Below, in pieces: positions 20,249 through 31,564 of a stretch of DNA of 61,338 nucleotides (the first letter of the stretch is position 1; the number at the start of each line of letters is the position of its first letter). The notes beneath the pieces were generated by a model that saw only the letters and a program-made list of their open reading frames with translations, made no database searches and was not told the DNA's origin. The stretch lies in assembly GCA_001785195.1 (NCBI GenBank), contig MFTB01000014.1, positions 1 through 61,338 on the forward strand, in the 5' to 3' direction. This DNA is from Candidatus Muproteobacteria bacterium RIFCSPHIGHO2_12_FULL_60_33 (lineage in GTDB: Bacteria > Pseudomonadota > Gammaproteobacteria > Acidiferrobacterales > Sulfurifustaceae). The position numbers and the translations under genes were made by a program.

Positions 20249-20267
20249 ATTTAGAATTATTCTAAAT
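20249..20267. promoter_or_regulatory. Fur-family (Irr/PerR-like) operator
   Basis: Perfect 9-1-9 palindrome ATTTAGAAT-T-ATTCTAAAT, 70-88 nt upstream of rbr. Confidence 0.7.
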
Positions 20268-20590
20268 TAGTGAAAAAGCCTTGTCAACAGCTGTGTTTCG
20301 CTAAATGCGATTAAAAAATGGAGATTAAAGGTTTTCTGGCTATTCTTTAGGTTTGGACCATATCCATGCGCCATGGGCACCGCAAACACCGATCGCCAAG
20401 CGCCTCCACCTCCAACAACATCCATCACGACCAGCTATTCGTGAATCAGCAAAAATGGACGCAAGGGATAATGACTAAGGCACGGAAATACCGGAAAACA
20501 GGAGGAAAAATGATTTGGCGCATCCGGATATCTAAACTATATTTGAAAGATTCAGCGCCATAGCAGCGACGCTTACCTGAATCCACCACG

Positions 20591-22312
20591 ATGGCAACCG
20601 CAAGCACGGCAACCAATCTGAGCGGCCTCGCACTGAGGCTGGTACGCGACAATTTGCTCAGCCCGACGGACGCGGAACGCATCCAAACGGAAGCGCTTTC
20701 CAAAAAGACTTCTTTTGTCACGCAACTGGTTGAAAGCAAAAAACTCGACAGCGCCACCATCGCCAAGGTGGCGTCCGAGGATTTCGGCATACCGCTGTAT
20801 GAAATCAACTCGCTCGACTTGGAAATGGCCCCGGTCAAGCTGGTCGATGAAAAGATCATCCGGCGCCATCATGTCCTCCCCCTCTTCAAGCGCGGGACAA
20901 GACTTTTTGTCGCGGTTGCCGATCCCACCAACCTGCAGGCGCTGGATGAGATCAAGTTCCACACGGGGTTGGGTACCGAACCGATTCTGGTCGAGGAAGC
21001 CAAGCTCGCCGCTATCATCGAAAAATCTCTCGACGCCCAAGACACCAGCCTTACTGATCTGGCTGGAGATGACAGTCTGGAGAACCTCGAAATCATCGCC
21101 AGCGAGGAAGACAAGGGAGGCTCAGGCGTCGGCGGAGAAGAAGGCATCAACGATGCCCCGGTCGTCAAATTCGTCAACAAGGTTCTGATGGACGCCATCA
21201 ACCGCGGCGCCTCGGATATCCATATCGAGCCGTACGAAAAAATGTATCGCGTGCGTTACCGGCAGGATGGCATGCTGCAGGAAGTTGCCAATCCACCGAT
21301 AGCACTGTCAGCGCGCATCGCGGCACGTATCAAGATTCTTTCCAGACTCGATATCGCGGAACGGCGCGTCCCACAGGATGGCCGCATCAAGATGCGCATC
21401 TCGAAAAATCGCGCGATCGATTTCCGCGTCAGTACATTGCCGACGTTATGGGGCGAGAAAATCGTGATGCGTATTCTCGATCCGACCTCCGCCACGCTCG
21501 GCGTGGAAAAACTGGGATTCGAGGACTTCCAGAAAGAATTGTTTCTCGAGGCCATCAATCGCCCCTACGGCATGGTGCTCGTCACCGGCCCAACCGGTAG
21601 TGGTAAAACCGTCACCCTCTACACGGCGGTGAATATCCTCAACACGCCGGACAACAATATTTCCACGGCGGAAGATCCGGTGGAAATAAACCTGGCCGGC
21701 GTCAATCAGGTCAACATCAATGAGAAGGCAGGACTCAACTTCGCCTCGGCGCTGCGTGCCTTCCTGCGCCAAGACCCGGACATTATTCTGGTCGGCGAAA
21801 TCCGCGACCTCGAAACGGCCGAGATCGCCATCAAGGCGGCACAGACAGGTCATATGGTGCTTTCCACCTTGCATACGAACGATGCACCCTCCACATTGAC
21901 TCGTCTCGCCAATATGGGTGTGCCGCCATTTAATATTGCCTCGGCGGTCAACCTGATTATTGCCCAGCGCCTGGCGCGGCGATTGTGCCAGCACTGCAAG
22001 AAGCCCATCGAGATTCCCAAGCCGGCATTGCTCAAAGCCGGTTTCAAGGAAGAAGACCTCACTGGCCTTGTCGTTTATGGCGCCGTGGGTTGCGATGCCT
22101 GCAACAGCGGCTATAAAGGACGTGTGGGTATTTATCAGGTCATGCCGGTATCGGAGGAAATTGGCGCCATTATCATGCGCGGCGGCAACCAGCTGGATAT
22201 TGAATTACAGGCCAGAAAGGAAGGCGTACCTGATCTGCGACAGGCAGGTTTGAAGAAGGTCAGGAATGGCATCACCAGTCTGGAAGAAGTCGAGACGGCA
22301 ACCAACGAGTAA
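20591..22312 (+). CDS. pilB: Type IV-A pilus assembly ATPase
   Basis: GPTGSGKT, LRQDPDIILVGEIRD, STLHTND, CxxC pairs. Confidence 0.96.
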   Translation: MATASTATNLSGLALRLVRDNLLSPTDAERIQTEALSKKTSFVTQLVESKKLDSATIAKVASEDFGIPLYEINSLDLEMAPVKLVDEKIIRRHHVLPLFKRGTRLFVAVADPTNLQALDEIKFHTGLGTEPILVEEAKLAAIIEKSLDAQDTSLTDLAGDDSLENLEIIASEEDKGGSGVGGEEGINDAPVVKFVNKVLMDAINRGASDIHIEPYEKMYRVRYRQDGMLQEVANPPIALSARIAARIKILSRLDIAERRVPQDGRIKMRISKNRAIDFRVSTLPTLWGEKIVMRILDPTSATLGVEKLGFEDFQKELFLEAINRPYGMVLVTGPTGSGKTVTLYTAVNILNTPDNNISTAEDPVEINLAGVNQVNINEKAGLNFASALRAFLRQDPDIILVGEIRDLETAEIAIKAAQTGHMVLSTLHTNDAPSTLTRLANMGVPPFNIASAVNLIIAQRLARRLCQHCKKPIEIPKPALLKAGFKEEDLTGLVVYGAVGCDACNSGYKGRVGIYQVMPVSEEIGAIIMRGGNQLDIELQARKEGVPDLRQAGLKKVRNGITSLEEVETATNE

Positions 22313-22315
22313 ACC

Positions 22316-23542
22316 ATGGCAGAAGCGGCAATAAAGAGACCGAAGTTCGACGCCTTCGCGTGGGAAGGACTCGACAAACAGGGAAAGAAGGTCAAAGGCA
22401 TCATGGAAGCGGCCAGCGTCGCCTACGTGAATGCCACGTTGCGCCGACAGGGGATCAATCCCGTCAAGGTGGCCAAGCAGCGCAAGGCGGCCTTCAGGTT
22501 CAAGAAGAAAATCACTACCAAGGATATTTCCGTCTTTACCCGTCAGCTCGCGACCATGTTGACCTCGGGCATACCCATGGCCCAGTCCTTCGACATTGTC
22601 GGCAAAGGGCACGAAAACCCGTCCATGCAAGAAGTGATCATGTCGATCAAGCAAGATGTGGAGTCGGGCACTGCCCTGACCCAGGCCCTCGGCAAGCATC
22701 CGCTTTATTTCGATGCCCTGTACTGCAATCTGGTACAAGCCGGTGAGCAGGCCGGTATTCTGGACGGCATCCTGGACAAGGTCGCCACCTACAAGGAAAA
22801 GATCGAGGCCATCAAGGGCAAGATCAAATCCGCCCTGTTCTACCCGGTGGCGGTCATTGTGGTGGCGTTCATCATCACCGCCGTGCTGCTGGTATTCGTC
22901 ATTCCCCAGTTCGAAAGTCTGTTTGCCGGTTTCGGCGCCGACCTGCCGGCCATGACCAAGATGGTCATCAATCTTTCCAGGGCGTTCCAGGACTGGTGGT
23001 GGGCCATCATCGGCTCGATTGTCGGGACGGTTGTATTTCTCAGCTACACGTACAAGCGCTCCGAAAAGATGCACCATTCACTCGACCGTATATTGCTCAA
23101 GGCGCCGGTCATCGGTGTGATCGTTAAAAAGGCCACCATCGCCCGTTTCGCGCGTACCTTGGCCACCATGTTCGCCGCCGGCGTCCCACTCGTGGAAGCG
23201 CTGGATTCCGTCGCGGGTGCCTCGGGCAATCGCGTCTACTTTGAAGGCACGATGGCCATCAAGGCTGATGTCAGCACCGGCATGCAGCTGCAGGCGGCGA
23301 TGGGAGCCACGGGACTTTTCCCCAACATGGTGGTGCAGATGGTCGCCATCGGCGAGGAATCGGGCGAGCTCGACAAAATGCTCAGCAAGGTCGCTGATTT
23401 CTACGAACAGGAAGTTGACGATGCCGTAGCGGGCCTTTCCAGCCTGCTCGAGCCGATCATCATGGCATTCCTCGGCATCGTCATCGGCGGCCTGGTCGTC
23501 GCCATGTACCTGCCGATCTTCAAGCTTGCCGCCACTGTTTAA
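22316..23542 (+). CDS. pilC: Type IV pilus platform protein
   Basis: T2SS-F domains: FTRQLATM, KIKSALFYP, IGEESGELD, MYLPIF. Confidence 0.95.
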   Translation: MAEAAIKRPKFDAFAWEGLDKQGKKVKGIMEAASVAYVNATLRRQGINPVKVAKQRKAAFRFKKKITTKDISVFTRQLATMLTSGIPMAQSFDIVGKGHENPSMQEVIMSIKQDVESGTALTQALGKHPLYFDALYCNLVQAGEQAGILDGILDKVATYKEKIEAIKGKIKSALFYPVAVIVVAFIITAVLLVFVIPQFESLFAGFGADLPAMTKMVINLSRAFQDWWWAIIGSIVGTVVFLSYTYKRSEKMHHSLDRILLKAPVIGVIVKKATIARFARTLATMFAAGVPLVEALDSVAGASGNRVYFEGTMAIKADVSTGMQLQAAMGATGLFPNMVVQMVAIGEESGELDKMLSKVADFYEQEVDDAVAGLSSLLEPIIMAFLGIVIGGLVVAMYLPIFKLAATV

Positions 23543-23593
23543 ACGCCAGCGCCGGTACTGCTTTTTGCAACCGTTCGGGCATAATGCCGCCCG

Positions 23594-24478
23594 ATGAGTG
23601 ATATCTCCGCCTTCTTCACCAGCTACCCCGCCGCATTTCCCTGGATCGCCGGTGTTTTCGGACTGGCGATTGGCAGTTTTCTGAACGTCGCCATTTACCG
23701 TCTTCCGATCATGCTGGAGCGGAAATGGCGCAGTCAGTGTCAGGAAATTCTCAGACCGAACAAAAAACCCTCGAACGCCGCCAAGCGATTTGATCTGGTA
23801 GTACCAGGCTCGCGCTGCCCGCATTGCGGCCATGCCATCACGGCGCTCGAAAATATCCCTGTCTTAAGTTTTCTCTGGCTCCGCGGAAAATGTTCGGCCT
23901 GCGGTAAACCCATTTCCCGGCGCTATCCGCTCGTGGAACTGCTGACCGCTGGCCTTACGGCGGCGGTCGCCTGCTATTTCGGATATGGGATGGCCGCACT
24001 GGCCGGCATGGCGCTGACATGGAGCCTGATTGCGCTCAGCTTCATCGATTTTGACCGGCAACTTCTGCCGGACGACATCATCCTGCCATTGCTGTGGGCG
24101 GGACTGCTATTGAATGTCTTTGCCGTCTTCACCCCACCGCCGTCGGCGGTCATCGGCGCTGTCGGCGGTTATATTTTTCTCTGGCTGGTATACCAGGCCT
24201 TCAAGCTGGTGACCGGCAAGGAGGGCATGGGTTATGGTGACTTCAAGCTGTTTGCCGCCTTGGGCGCCTGGCTGGGATGGCAAAGCCTTCCCCTGATTAT
24301 ATTGTTGTCTTCACTGGTCGGCGCGATTGTGGGGATTGCTTTCATTCTGTTCTTCGGCCACGACCGCCGCATGCCTATACCCTTCGGACCGTTTCTGTGC
24401 GTGGCCGGATGGGTTGCGCTCCTGTGGGGCGATACCCTGACACGTTACTACCTGCAGTTCGCCCGCATCAGTTCCTGA
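23594..24478 (+). CDS. pilD: Prepilin peptidase
   Basis: GSFLNV, SRCPHC, GMGYGDFKL, IPFGPFL. Confidence 0.96.
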   Translation: MSDISAFFTSYPAAFPWIAGVFGLAIGSFLNVAIYRLPIMLERKWRSQCQEILRPNKKPSNAAKRFDLVVPGSRCPHCGHAITALENIPVLSFLWLRGKCSACGKPISRRYPLVELLTAGLTAAVACYFGYGMAALAGMALTWSLIALSFIDFDRQLLPDDIILPLLWAGLLLNVFAVFTPPPSAVIGAVGGYIFLWLVYQAFKLVTGKEGMGYGDFKLFAALGAWLGWQSLPLIILLSSLVGAIVGIAFILFFGHDRRMPIPFGPFLCVAGWVALLWGDTLTRYYLQFARISS

Positions 24479-24489
24479 ATCCAGCACCC

Positions 24490-25110
24490 ATGTTACGCGT
24501 AGGTTTGACCGGCGGCATTGGCAGTGGCAAATCCACCATCGCGGCGCTGTTCGTCATGCGCGGGGTGCCGGTGATTGATACCGATGAGATCGCGCGTGGT
24601 TTGACAGAACCGGGGCAGGAAACGTTTGACGAGATTGTTCGCGCTTTCGGTGACACGATCCTGGATGAAAACCGCCGGATAGACCGCCACAGACTTCGTG
24701 AGCGTGTTTTTGACAACACCGATGAACGTCGTCGTCTCGAGACGATTTTGCATCCGCGCATTCGCGCCATAGTTCGGGAAAAGCTGGCCGCGCTCGAGAC
24801 ACCCTATGGCATCGTCGTTGTGCCACTTCTGATCGAGTCCGGCTTTAGCGACCTCGTGGATCGCGTCCTGGTCGTGGACGCCATGGAAAATGTGCAGATT
24901 CAGCGCACCGCCAGCCGCAGCGGACTCAGCGAACCGGAAATAAGGAAAATCATGTCGGCGCAAATAAGCCGTGCACAGCGATTGCAACAGGCAAACGACG
25001 TGATCGAGAATAATGGCGACAGGAAACAGCTTGAGGCCGAGGTGGAACGCATGCACCAGTGGTATCTGTCGCTCGCGACCACGACGAAAAAAACAGATAG
25101 AAAGGCTTAG
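24490..25110 (+). CDS. coaE: Dephospho-CoA kinase
   Basis: MLRVGLTGGIGSGKST, ILHPRI, VPLLIE. Confidence 0.95.
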   Translation: MLRVGLTGGIGSGKSTIAALFVMRGVPVIDTDEIARGLTEPGQETFDEIVRAFGDTILDENRRIDRHRLRERVFDNTDERRRLETILHPRIRAIVREKLAALETPYGIVVVPLLIESGFSDLVDRVLVVDAMENVQIQRTASRSGLSEPEIRKIMSAQISRAQRLQQANDVIENNGDRKQLEAEVERMHQWYLSLATTTKKTDRKA

Positions 25111-25236
25111 AACCTATCTCAAAACAAAAAAGACAAGGCAACCGCAGATGGCTCACAGGATTCCTTTTTTATCTGCGTTCATCTTCATATAAATCCGCGT
25201 TAATCTGCGGTTCAAGATATTTCGAGAAGTTTTATT
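25108..25236. repeat. Degenerate MITE-like element between convergent coaE and argJ
   Basis: Begins TAGAACCTATCTCAAAA on the coaE TAG (compare 3800-3816); inner arms AACCGCAGAT...ATCTGCGGTT. Confidence 0.65.
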
Positions 25237-26455
25237 AACTACGGTACTCGGCGTTGATGCGCACATAATCGTGCGAGAGGTCCGAGGTCCACACGCGCGT
25301 GGAAGCGGTGCCCGCCCCCAGCTCGACCCCGATGCGGATTTCCGGCAGTCGCATCACAGTAAACCCCTTGGCCTCGGTATAGCCGGCGTCCGGGGCGCCA
25401 TGGCGCACAACACACAGCTCATTGAGATAAATCGCCACCTTGGCTACATCCAGTCGTGCGATCGGCGCGCGCCCGATCGCCGCCAGGATGCGGCCCCAAT
25501 TGGGATCGCTGGCGAAAAACGCCGTTTTCACCAGCGGGGAATGCGCGATGGTATAGGCTACCGCGAGACAATCCGATTCAGTACGGCCACCCTTCACCTC
25601 GATGGTAATGAACTTGGTCGCGCCCTCGGCGTCGCGCACAATGGCTTGAGCAAGCTCCATGAATACCTCCGTGATGGTTCCCAGCAACACGGTATAAGCC
25701 TCTCCTCCAGCCTGATCAATCACGGGATTTCCGGTGGCTCCGGAAGCGAGCAGCACGCAGGCATCGTTGGTGGAGGTATCGCCGTCCACAGTGATGCGAT
25801 TGAAAGACTGATTCACGGCGGCTGAGACGCAGGCCTGGAGCGCCGGCGGCGCCACAGCGGCATCCGTTGCCACAAACGCCAGCATCGTCGCCATGTCCGG
25901 CCGGATCATGCCGGCGCCCTTGGCGATGCCCGTCACCGTAACCGTACGCGAACCGATTTTGACCTGGCGTGAACTGCCCTTCGGCAAGGTATCGGTCGTC
26001 ATGATGCCATGCGCCGCTTCGGCCCAGCCGTTTTGGTTGAGACTGGCGAGGCAGGACGGCAGGCCTGCGACAATTCGCTCGCGCGGGAGTCGCTCGCCGA
26101 TCACGCCCGTGGAAAATGGAAGGATTTCAGCCGCCCCACAACCCAACTGGCTGGCCAGCGCTGTGCAACAGGCACGCGCATCTTCGATGCCAGGCTCGCC
26201 GGTGCCAGCGTTGGCAAAACCGGTATTGATGAGCAGGGCACGCGGCGCGGACTTGGCGAGGTGTGCGCGCGCCACGGTGATGGGTGCGGCACAGAAGCGG
26301 TTCTGCGTAAACGTGGCGGCGGCCTGTGTGCCCGGCGCGCACTCAATCACCACCAGATCGCGCCGGTCTTTTTTGCGGATGCCAGCGGCGGTAGTGCCCA
26401 AGCGAATGCCCGGTACGGGATACAGCATCGGCAATCCGGTTAGACCAACGGGCAT
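25235..26455 (-). CDS. argJ: Ornithine acetyltransferase / N-acetylglutamate synthase
   Basis: STGVIG, IMTTDT, AKGAGMIRPDMATML, DGDTSTND, YVRINAEYRS. Confidence 0.97.
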   Translation of the reverse strand: MPVGLTGLPMLYPVPGIRLGTTAAGIRKKDRRDLVVIECAPGTQAAATFTQNRFCAAPITVARAHLAKSAPRALLINTGFANAGTGEPGIEDARACCTALASQLGCGAAEILPFSTGVIGERLPRERIVAGLPSCLASLNQNGWAEAAHGIMTTDTLPKGSSRQVKIGSRTVTVTGIAKGAGMIRPDMATMLAFVATDAAVAPPALQACVSAAVNQSFNRITVDGDTSTNDACVLLASGATGNPVIDQAGGEAYTVLLGTITEVFMELAQAIVRDAEGATKFITIEVKGGRTESDCLAVAYTIAHSPLVKTAFFASDPNWGRILAAIGRAPIARLDVAKVAIYLNELCVVRHGAPDAGYTEAKGFTVMRLPEIRIGVELGAGTASTRVWTSDLSHDYVRINAEYRS

Positions 26456-26460
26456 ATCAG

Positions 26461-26543
26461 AGTAGCAAGTAACAAGTTTCAAGTAGCAAGAAAGAGAAAG
26501 TAAAACCCATTTACTGGCAACTTGCTACTTGCCACTTGTTACT
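26461..26543. repeat. 7-bp-period inverted repeat element between secA and argJ
   Basis: AGTAGCA AGTAACA AGTTTCA AGTAGCA AG ... CTTGCTA CTTGCCA CTTGTTA CT; overlaps the secA TAA. Confidence 0.75.
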
Positions 26544-29247
26544 GGAGTTTTCCATGACAATGCTTGTACTTCTTACCGCTCCCGCAGGGGCAGGGCTCAT
26601 TGCGTCCGATCTTGGGCTGACGGCGGGTAACGGGTTTTTGCGCCACCGCCACATCGTCACCACCCACGTTTTCTTCCGGCTGGCCGCCGGCGCCAAGCGT
26701 CGGATGCACGAATTGAATCTCCTGGGGCTGGCGGTTCTGGCTTTCCAGCGCCTCGACATCCTGGGGCGCCTGCACCTGAACGTGCGCCAAGAGGTTAATC
26801 GCGTCGTGCCGCACGCGGTTCAGCATGTCGGAAAAAAGCACGAACGATTCGCGCTTGTACTCTTCCTTCGGATTTTTCTGGGCATAACCGCGCAGATGGA
26901 TGCCCTGGCGCAGGTAATCCATGGCGGCCAGATGGTCCTTCCACTGCGTGTCCAGCACTTGCAACATGATCGCCTTTTCCAGATGACGCATGACGTCGGG
27001 CCCGATGGAGACACTTTTCTCGGCATGCTTGCGGTCGGCTTCGCCGAGAATACGCGCCCGCGATTTCTCCTCGTCCAGAGATGCTTCATCCTTGAGCCAT
27101 TGACCGATCGGAAGGTTCAGACCCAGCTCGCGTTCGAGGCTCGCTTCCAGACCGGGGATATCCCACTGTTCTTCCAGGCTCTCCGGCGGAACGTGCTGAC
27201 TGATCAATTCATTGACGACATCGTGACGTATGGTGGTGATGCTCTCCGAGATGTCTTCCACGTCCATGAGGCGGTTGCGCTGTTCGTAGATGACCTTGCG
27301 CTGGTCGTTCGCCACGTCGTCGTATTCCAGAAGCTGCTTGCGGATGTCGAAGTTGCGCCCCTCGACCTTGCGCTGGGCATTTTCGATGGCGCGCGTCACC
27401 CACGGATGCTCGATGGCCTCGCCCTCCTGCATGCCGAGCTTCTGCATGAGGCCGGACAGGCGATCGCTCCCGAAAATGCGCAGCAGATTGTCCTCGAGCG
27501 AAAGATAAAAGCGTGAGGAGCCGGGATCGCCCTGGCGGCCGGAGCGGCCGCGCAGCTGGTTGTCGATGCGGCGCGACTCATGCCGTTCGGTGCCGATCAT
27601 GTGCAATCCGCCCGCGGCCACGACCTGTTGGTGGCGCTTGTCCCACTCGGCGCGCGCGTGACCGCGTTTCGCCTTGTCTTCGCCGATTTCCTTCAATTCC
27701 ATCTCGAGATTCCCGCCGAGCACGATATCGGTGCCGCGGCCGGCCATGTTGGTGGCGATGGTCAGCGCCCCGGGACGACCGGCCTGCGCGACGATCAATG
27801 CCTCACGCTCATGGTACTTGGCGTTCAGTACCTGATGCTCGATCTCCTCCTTCTGCAGCAGACGCGAGAGATGCTCCGAGGCCTCGATCGTGACAGTACC
27901 GACCAGAACCGGCTGGCCGCGCTGATGACAGTCCCGGATATCCGCGAGTATCGCCGTGTGTTTTTCCGCGGCGGTACGGTAGATCTGGTCGGCCATATCC
28001 CGGCGGACCATCGGACGATGGGTCGGGATGACCACGACCTCGAGGCCGTATATCTGCTGGAACTCGAAGGCTTCGGTGTCGGCCGTGCCGGTCATGCCGG
28101 CGAGTTTGCCGTACAGCCTGAAATAATTCTGGAACGTGATGGTCGCCAGCGTCTGATTCTCGTTCTGGATCGACACGCCTTCCTTGGCTTCCACGGCCTG
28201 GTGCAAACCGTCCGACCAGCGCCGCCCCTGCATCATGCGCCCGGTGAACTCGTCGATGATGACGACTTCGTTGTCACGCACGATGTAATCGACCTCGCGT
28301 TTGAACAGCGCGTGTGCGCGCAACGCGGCGATGAGATGGTGCATCAATATAAGGTTAGATACGTCGTACAGGCTCGAACCGGGTTCCAGCAGCCCGGCCT
28401 GGGCCAGGAGCTTCTCGACCCGCTCATGACCGGCCTCCGTCAGGTAAGCCTGGCGGGTCTTTTCATCCACGCTGTAATCGCCGGGTCCGTTCTCCGTTTC
28501 CTGCCTTGTCAGGTGCGGAATGATCGTATTGACCTTGACGTACAGATCGGTGCTCTCCTCAGCCGGTCCGGAGATAATGAGCGGCGTGCGCGCCTCGTCG
28601 ATCAGGATCGAGTCCACCTCGTCCACGATGGCGTAGTTGAGCCCGCGCTGTGCGCGCTCCTCCGCGCGAAACGCCATGTTGTCGCGCAGGTAGTCGAAGC
28701 CGTATTCATTATTGGTGCCATAGGTGATGTCGGCGGCGTAGGCCTCGCGCTTGGTCTGGCGGTCCTGCCCGGGAACGACCACACCCACGCTCATGCCGAG
28801 GAACTTGTAGATCTGGCCCATCCATTCCGCGTCGCGCCGGGCCAGGTAGTCGTTGACGGTCACCACGTGCATGCCCTTGCCGGACAGCGCGTTCAGGTAG
28901 ACGGGCAGGGTCGCGACCAGCGTCTTGCCTTCACCGGTGCGCATCTCCGAGATCTTTCCCTGGTGCAACACCATGCCGCCCATCAGCTGCACGTCGAAGT
29001 GACGCATGCCCAGCGTGCGCTGGGAGGCCTCGCGCACCACCGCGAAGGCCTCGTGCAAAATACCGTCCAGGGTTTCTCCGTTCGAGAGGCGGGTTTTAAA
29101 TTCGGCGGTTTTCGCGCGCAGTTGTTCGTCGGTCAGCTGGGAGAACGCGGGTTCGAGCGCATTGATGCGCGCCACGTCCTGCTGCATGCGCTTGACCAGG
29201 CGGGTGTTGCGGCTGCCGAATATCTTGGTAAGCGCTTTCGTAATCAT
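26539..29247 (-). CDS. secA: Preprotein translocase ATPase
   Basis: [26 protein letters not shown] motif [14 protein letters not shown]. Confidence 0.99.
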   Translation of the reverse strand: MITKALTKIFGSRNTRLVKRMQQDVARINALEPAFSQLTDEQLRAKTAEFKTRLSNGETLDGILHEAFAVVREASQRTLGMRHFDVQLMGGMVLHQGKISEMRTGEGKTLVATLPVYLNALSGKGMHVVTVNDYLARRDAEWMGQIYKFLGMSVGVVVPGQDRQTKREAYAADITYGTNNEYGFDYLRDNMAFRAEERAQRGLNYAIVDEVDSILIDEARTPLIISGPAEESTDLYVKVNTIIPHLTRQETENGPGDYSVDEKTRQAYLTEAGHERVEKLLAQAGLLEPGSSLYDVSNLILMHHLIAALRAHALFKREVDYIVRDNEVVIIDEFTGRMMQGRRWSDGLHQAVEAKEGVSIQNENQTLATITFQNYFRLYGKLAGMTGTADTEAFEFQQIYGLEVVVIPTHRPMVRRDMADQIYRTAAEKHTAILADIRDCHQRGQPVLVGTVTIEASEHLSRLLQKEEIEHQVLNAKYHEREALIVAQAGRPGALTIATNMAGRGTDIVLGGNLEMELKEIGEDKAKRGHARAEWDKRHQQVVAAGGLHMIGTERHESRRIDNQLRGRSGRQGDPGSSRFYLSLEDNLLRIFGSDRLSGLMQKLGMQEGEAIEHPWVTRAIENAQRKVEGRNFDIRKQLLEYDDVANDQRKVIYEQRNRLMDVEDISESITTIRHDVVNELISQHVPPESLEEQWDIPGLEASLERELGLNLPIGQWLKDEASLDEEKSRARILGEADRKHAEKSVSIGPDVMRHLEKAIMLQVLDTQWKDHLAAMDYLRQGIHLRGYAQKNPKEEYKRESFVLFSDMLNRVRHDAINLLAHVQVQAPQDVEALESQNRQPQEIQFVHPTLGAGGQPEENVGGDDVAVAQKPVTRRQPKIGRNEPCPCGSGKKYKHCHGKLQ

Positions 29248-29338
29248 GAAAATCCGTGCGCCTCGCGCGGAGGCATATCAAAAGAGCGGCAATTATGGAG
29301 GAAAAGCGGAGAGACTTGAAGCGTGACGACGTTACGAC

Positions 29339-30265
29339 CTACTTCCCGGCTTGCTGCAAATACCGCATGGGGTTCACCGAAGTTCCGTTGCGCACCACTT
29401 CAAAATGCAAATGAGGCCCCGTGGAGCGGCCGGAGGTGCCGACCAGCGCGATGGACTGACCCTTCTGCACGCGATCACCCACCTTGACCAGGGCGGCGCT
29501 GGTATGGGCATAGCGGGTGATCAGACCGGATTCATGGGTGACCTCGACCAGCAGTCCATAGCCGGCCTTGTCCCCGCTGTGGCTCACGACCCCATCGCCG
29601 ACGGCGTGCGCCGGTGAACCCATGTTTGAAGCGATGTCCACCCCTTCATGCAGGGACTGGTGACCATTGAAGGGATCGGCGCGCGCGCCGAAACCGGAGG
29701 AGATCCAGCCGCCTTCCACCGGCCAGCCGGAAGGCGTCACGGCCGCGTTGAGCTTGCGATCCAGCAGCAGGTTTTCGAGCGCGCTCAGGCGCTCCTGCTG
29801 ACGTTCGATTTCCTGAGTGAGACGATCGAGCGAGTCCATCAGCTCGGGCGGATTCGACGACGCGGCGGTCTTTTCCGGCCCACCCATGGCCGCCTCGACG
29901 GAAAAATTGAATTCACGCGCATCCAGTCCCGCCATGCGCGTCAGGCGCGAGCCCAGGGCATTGAGCCGCATCAATTGCGCCTGCATCTGGCCCAAGCGCT
30001 GCGCCAGCGCGTTGAGATGCGCCTCGGCATGGCGCTTGGCCTCGACCACGGCCGTGCGTTGCGTCGCCAGCTCGCGGCGCTGTGCCGCCAGCAGTGAATC
30101 CGCGTTGTACGCGGAGAGCATATCCTGGGCATGGTAGGCGACGATTCCGACCAGGACCGGCAGCGCGACCAGAACCACCAGGGCGATGAGAACAAGATGA
30201 CGATGGGAAAGGGTGGCGTTGCGGCCCTTGCCGCGTTGACTGTTCGGTACCAGGATAATATTCAC
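29339..30265 (-). CDS. M23 family metallopeptidase
   Basis: TM, coiled coil, HEGVD and GRSTGPHLHFEV. Confidence 0.92.
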   Translation of the reverse strand: MNIILVPNSQRGKGRNATLSHRHLVLIALVVLVALPVLVGIVAYHAQDMLSAYNADSLLAAQRRELATQRTAVVEAKRHAEAHLNALAQRLGQMQAQLMRLNALGSRLTRMAGLDAREFNFSVEAAMGGPEKTAASSNPPELMDSLDRLTQEIERQQERLSALENLLLDRKLNAAVTPSGWPVEGGWISSGFGARADPFNGHQSLHEGVDIASNMGSPAHAVGDGVVSHSGDKAGYGLLVEVTHESGLITRYAHTSAALVKVGDRVQKGQSIALVGTSGRSTGPHLHFEVVRNGTSVNPMRYLQQAGK

Positions 30266-30307
30266 GCCGTGCCTCCCCTTTCGACTTCCCGCTCGCCCAT
30301 ACGCCGG

Positions 30308-31219
30308 TCAGGTTACCGGAACCGTGCGCGCGAAGGCGATGGGCGCCTCGTCGTTTTCGTTATAAGTGATGAGTTCCCACGCTTCCTGGTTCGTCACCAG
30401 CTCACGCAGCAGACGGTTGTTGAGGGAATGACCGGACTTGTGGGCGCTGAAGGCGCCGATCAGCGGGTGTCCCAGCAGATACAGATCGCCGATGGCATCC
30501 AGCACCTTGTGTTTGACGAATTCATCTTCATAGCGCAGGCCATCGTCATTCAGGATGCGGTATTCATCCAGCACAATGGCGTTGTCGAGACCGCCGCCGC
30601 GCGCCAGCCCCACGGCGCGCAGGGCCTCGAGGTCGCCCATGAAGCCAAAGGTGCGGGCGCGGCTGACCTCCTTGACGAAAGAGGTGGTGGAAAAATCGAC
30701 GCTGGCGTTCTGGGTCGAGTTGCGGAAGGTCGGATGATTGAATTCGATGGCGAAGGAAACCTTGAATCCTTCAAACGGCTGGAAACAGGCCCACTTGTCG
30801 CCCTCTTCCACGCGCACTTCTTTCTTGATGCGCATAAAACGTTTCGGCGCGGTTTGCTCGGCGATACCCGCCGACTGCACCAGGAATACAAACGGCCCGG
30901 CGCTGCCGTCCATGATCGGCACTTCCGCCGCCGTCAGATCCACATAAGCGTTATCGATACCCAAGCCGGCGAATGCTGACATCAGATGTTCCACCGTGGA
31001 AACTCGCGCACCATTACATTCAAGTGTAGTCGAGAGGCGGGTGTCGGAGACATTTTCCGGGCGGGCGCGAATTTCCACCGGATCGGCTAAGTCAATGCGG
31101 CGAAAGACAATTCCTGTGTCGGAAGAGGCAGGCCGGAGGGTCAGATAGACCTTTTCGCCTGTATGCAGACCCACGCCGGTGGCGCGGATGACGTTTTTCA
31201 GAGTCCGTTGTTTAATCAT
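30308..31219 (-). CDS. lpxC: UDP-3-O-acyl-GlcNAc deacetylase
   Basis: [27 protein letters not shown]. Confidence 0.98.
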   Translation of the reverse strand: MIKQRTLKNVIRATGVGLHTGEKVYLTLRPASSDTGIVFRRIDLADPVEIRARPENVSDTRLSTTLECNGARVSTVEHLMSAFAGLGIDNAYVDLTAAEVPIMDGSAGPFVFLVQSAGIAEQTAPKRFMRIKKEVRVEEGDKWACFQPFEGFKVSFAIEFNHPTFRNSTQNASVDFSTTSFVKEVSRARTFGFMGDLEALRAVGLARGGGLDNAIVLDEYRILNDDGLRYEDEFVKHKVLDAIGDLYLLGHPLIGAFSAHKSGHSLNNRLLRELVTNQEAWELITYNENDEAPIAFARTVPVT

Positions 31220-31564
31220 TAAAAACTTTTTCGTGAATGATCCCTTTCTTGTGAAAAGGTGCGCGTCCCTCCGCCGCGGCGGAAAATACTCACGCTGGGT
31301 TAATTTGGTGCATGCAACCCCGCATGCCGATAACGATTTCACTGGGGCAAGGATTACGGAAAAATCAGCCCCTGCCCGTAATTTAAGGATAAAACCCCAC
31401 ACCTGTCCAGCCAAATTTCGGTCGGGAGGCTGCCGTCGCGAAACCATGCCCGATAAACGGCCTGTTACGCGGTGAATGCCGCCCGGCTGCCGGATCCCGT
31501 CGCGCGCCGTAACTCCCTTCCGTGACGAAGCTCCTCCGAGGAGCGTTCGCCGCGGGCACGGGCG

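Noticed and set aside
31523-31550. Hairpin after ftsZ as a terminator
   Set aside because: Short stem with no U-tract; insufficient support.
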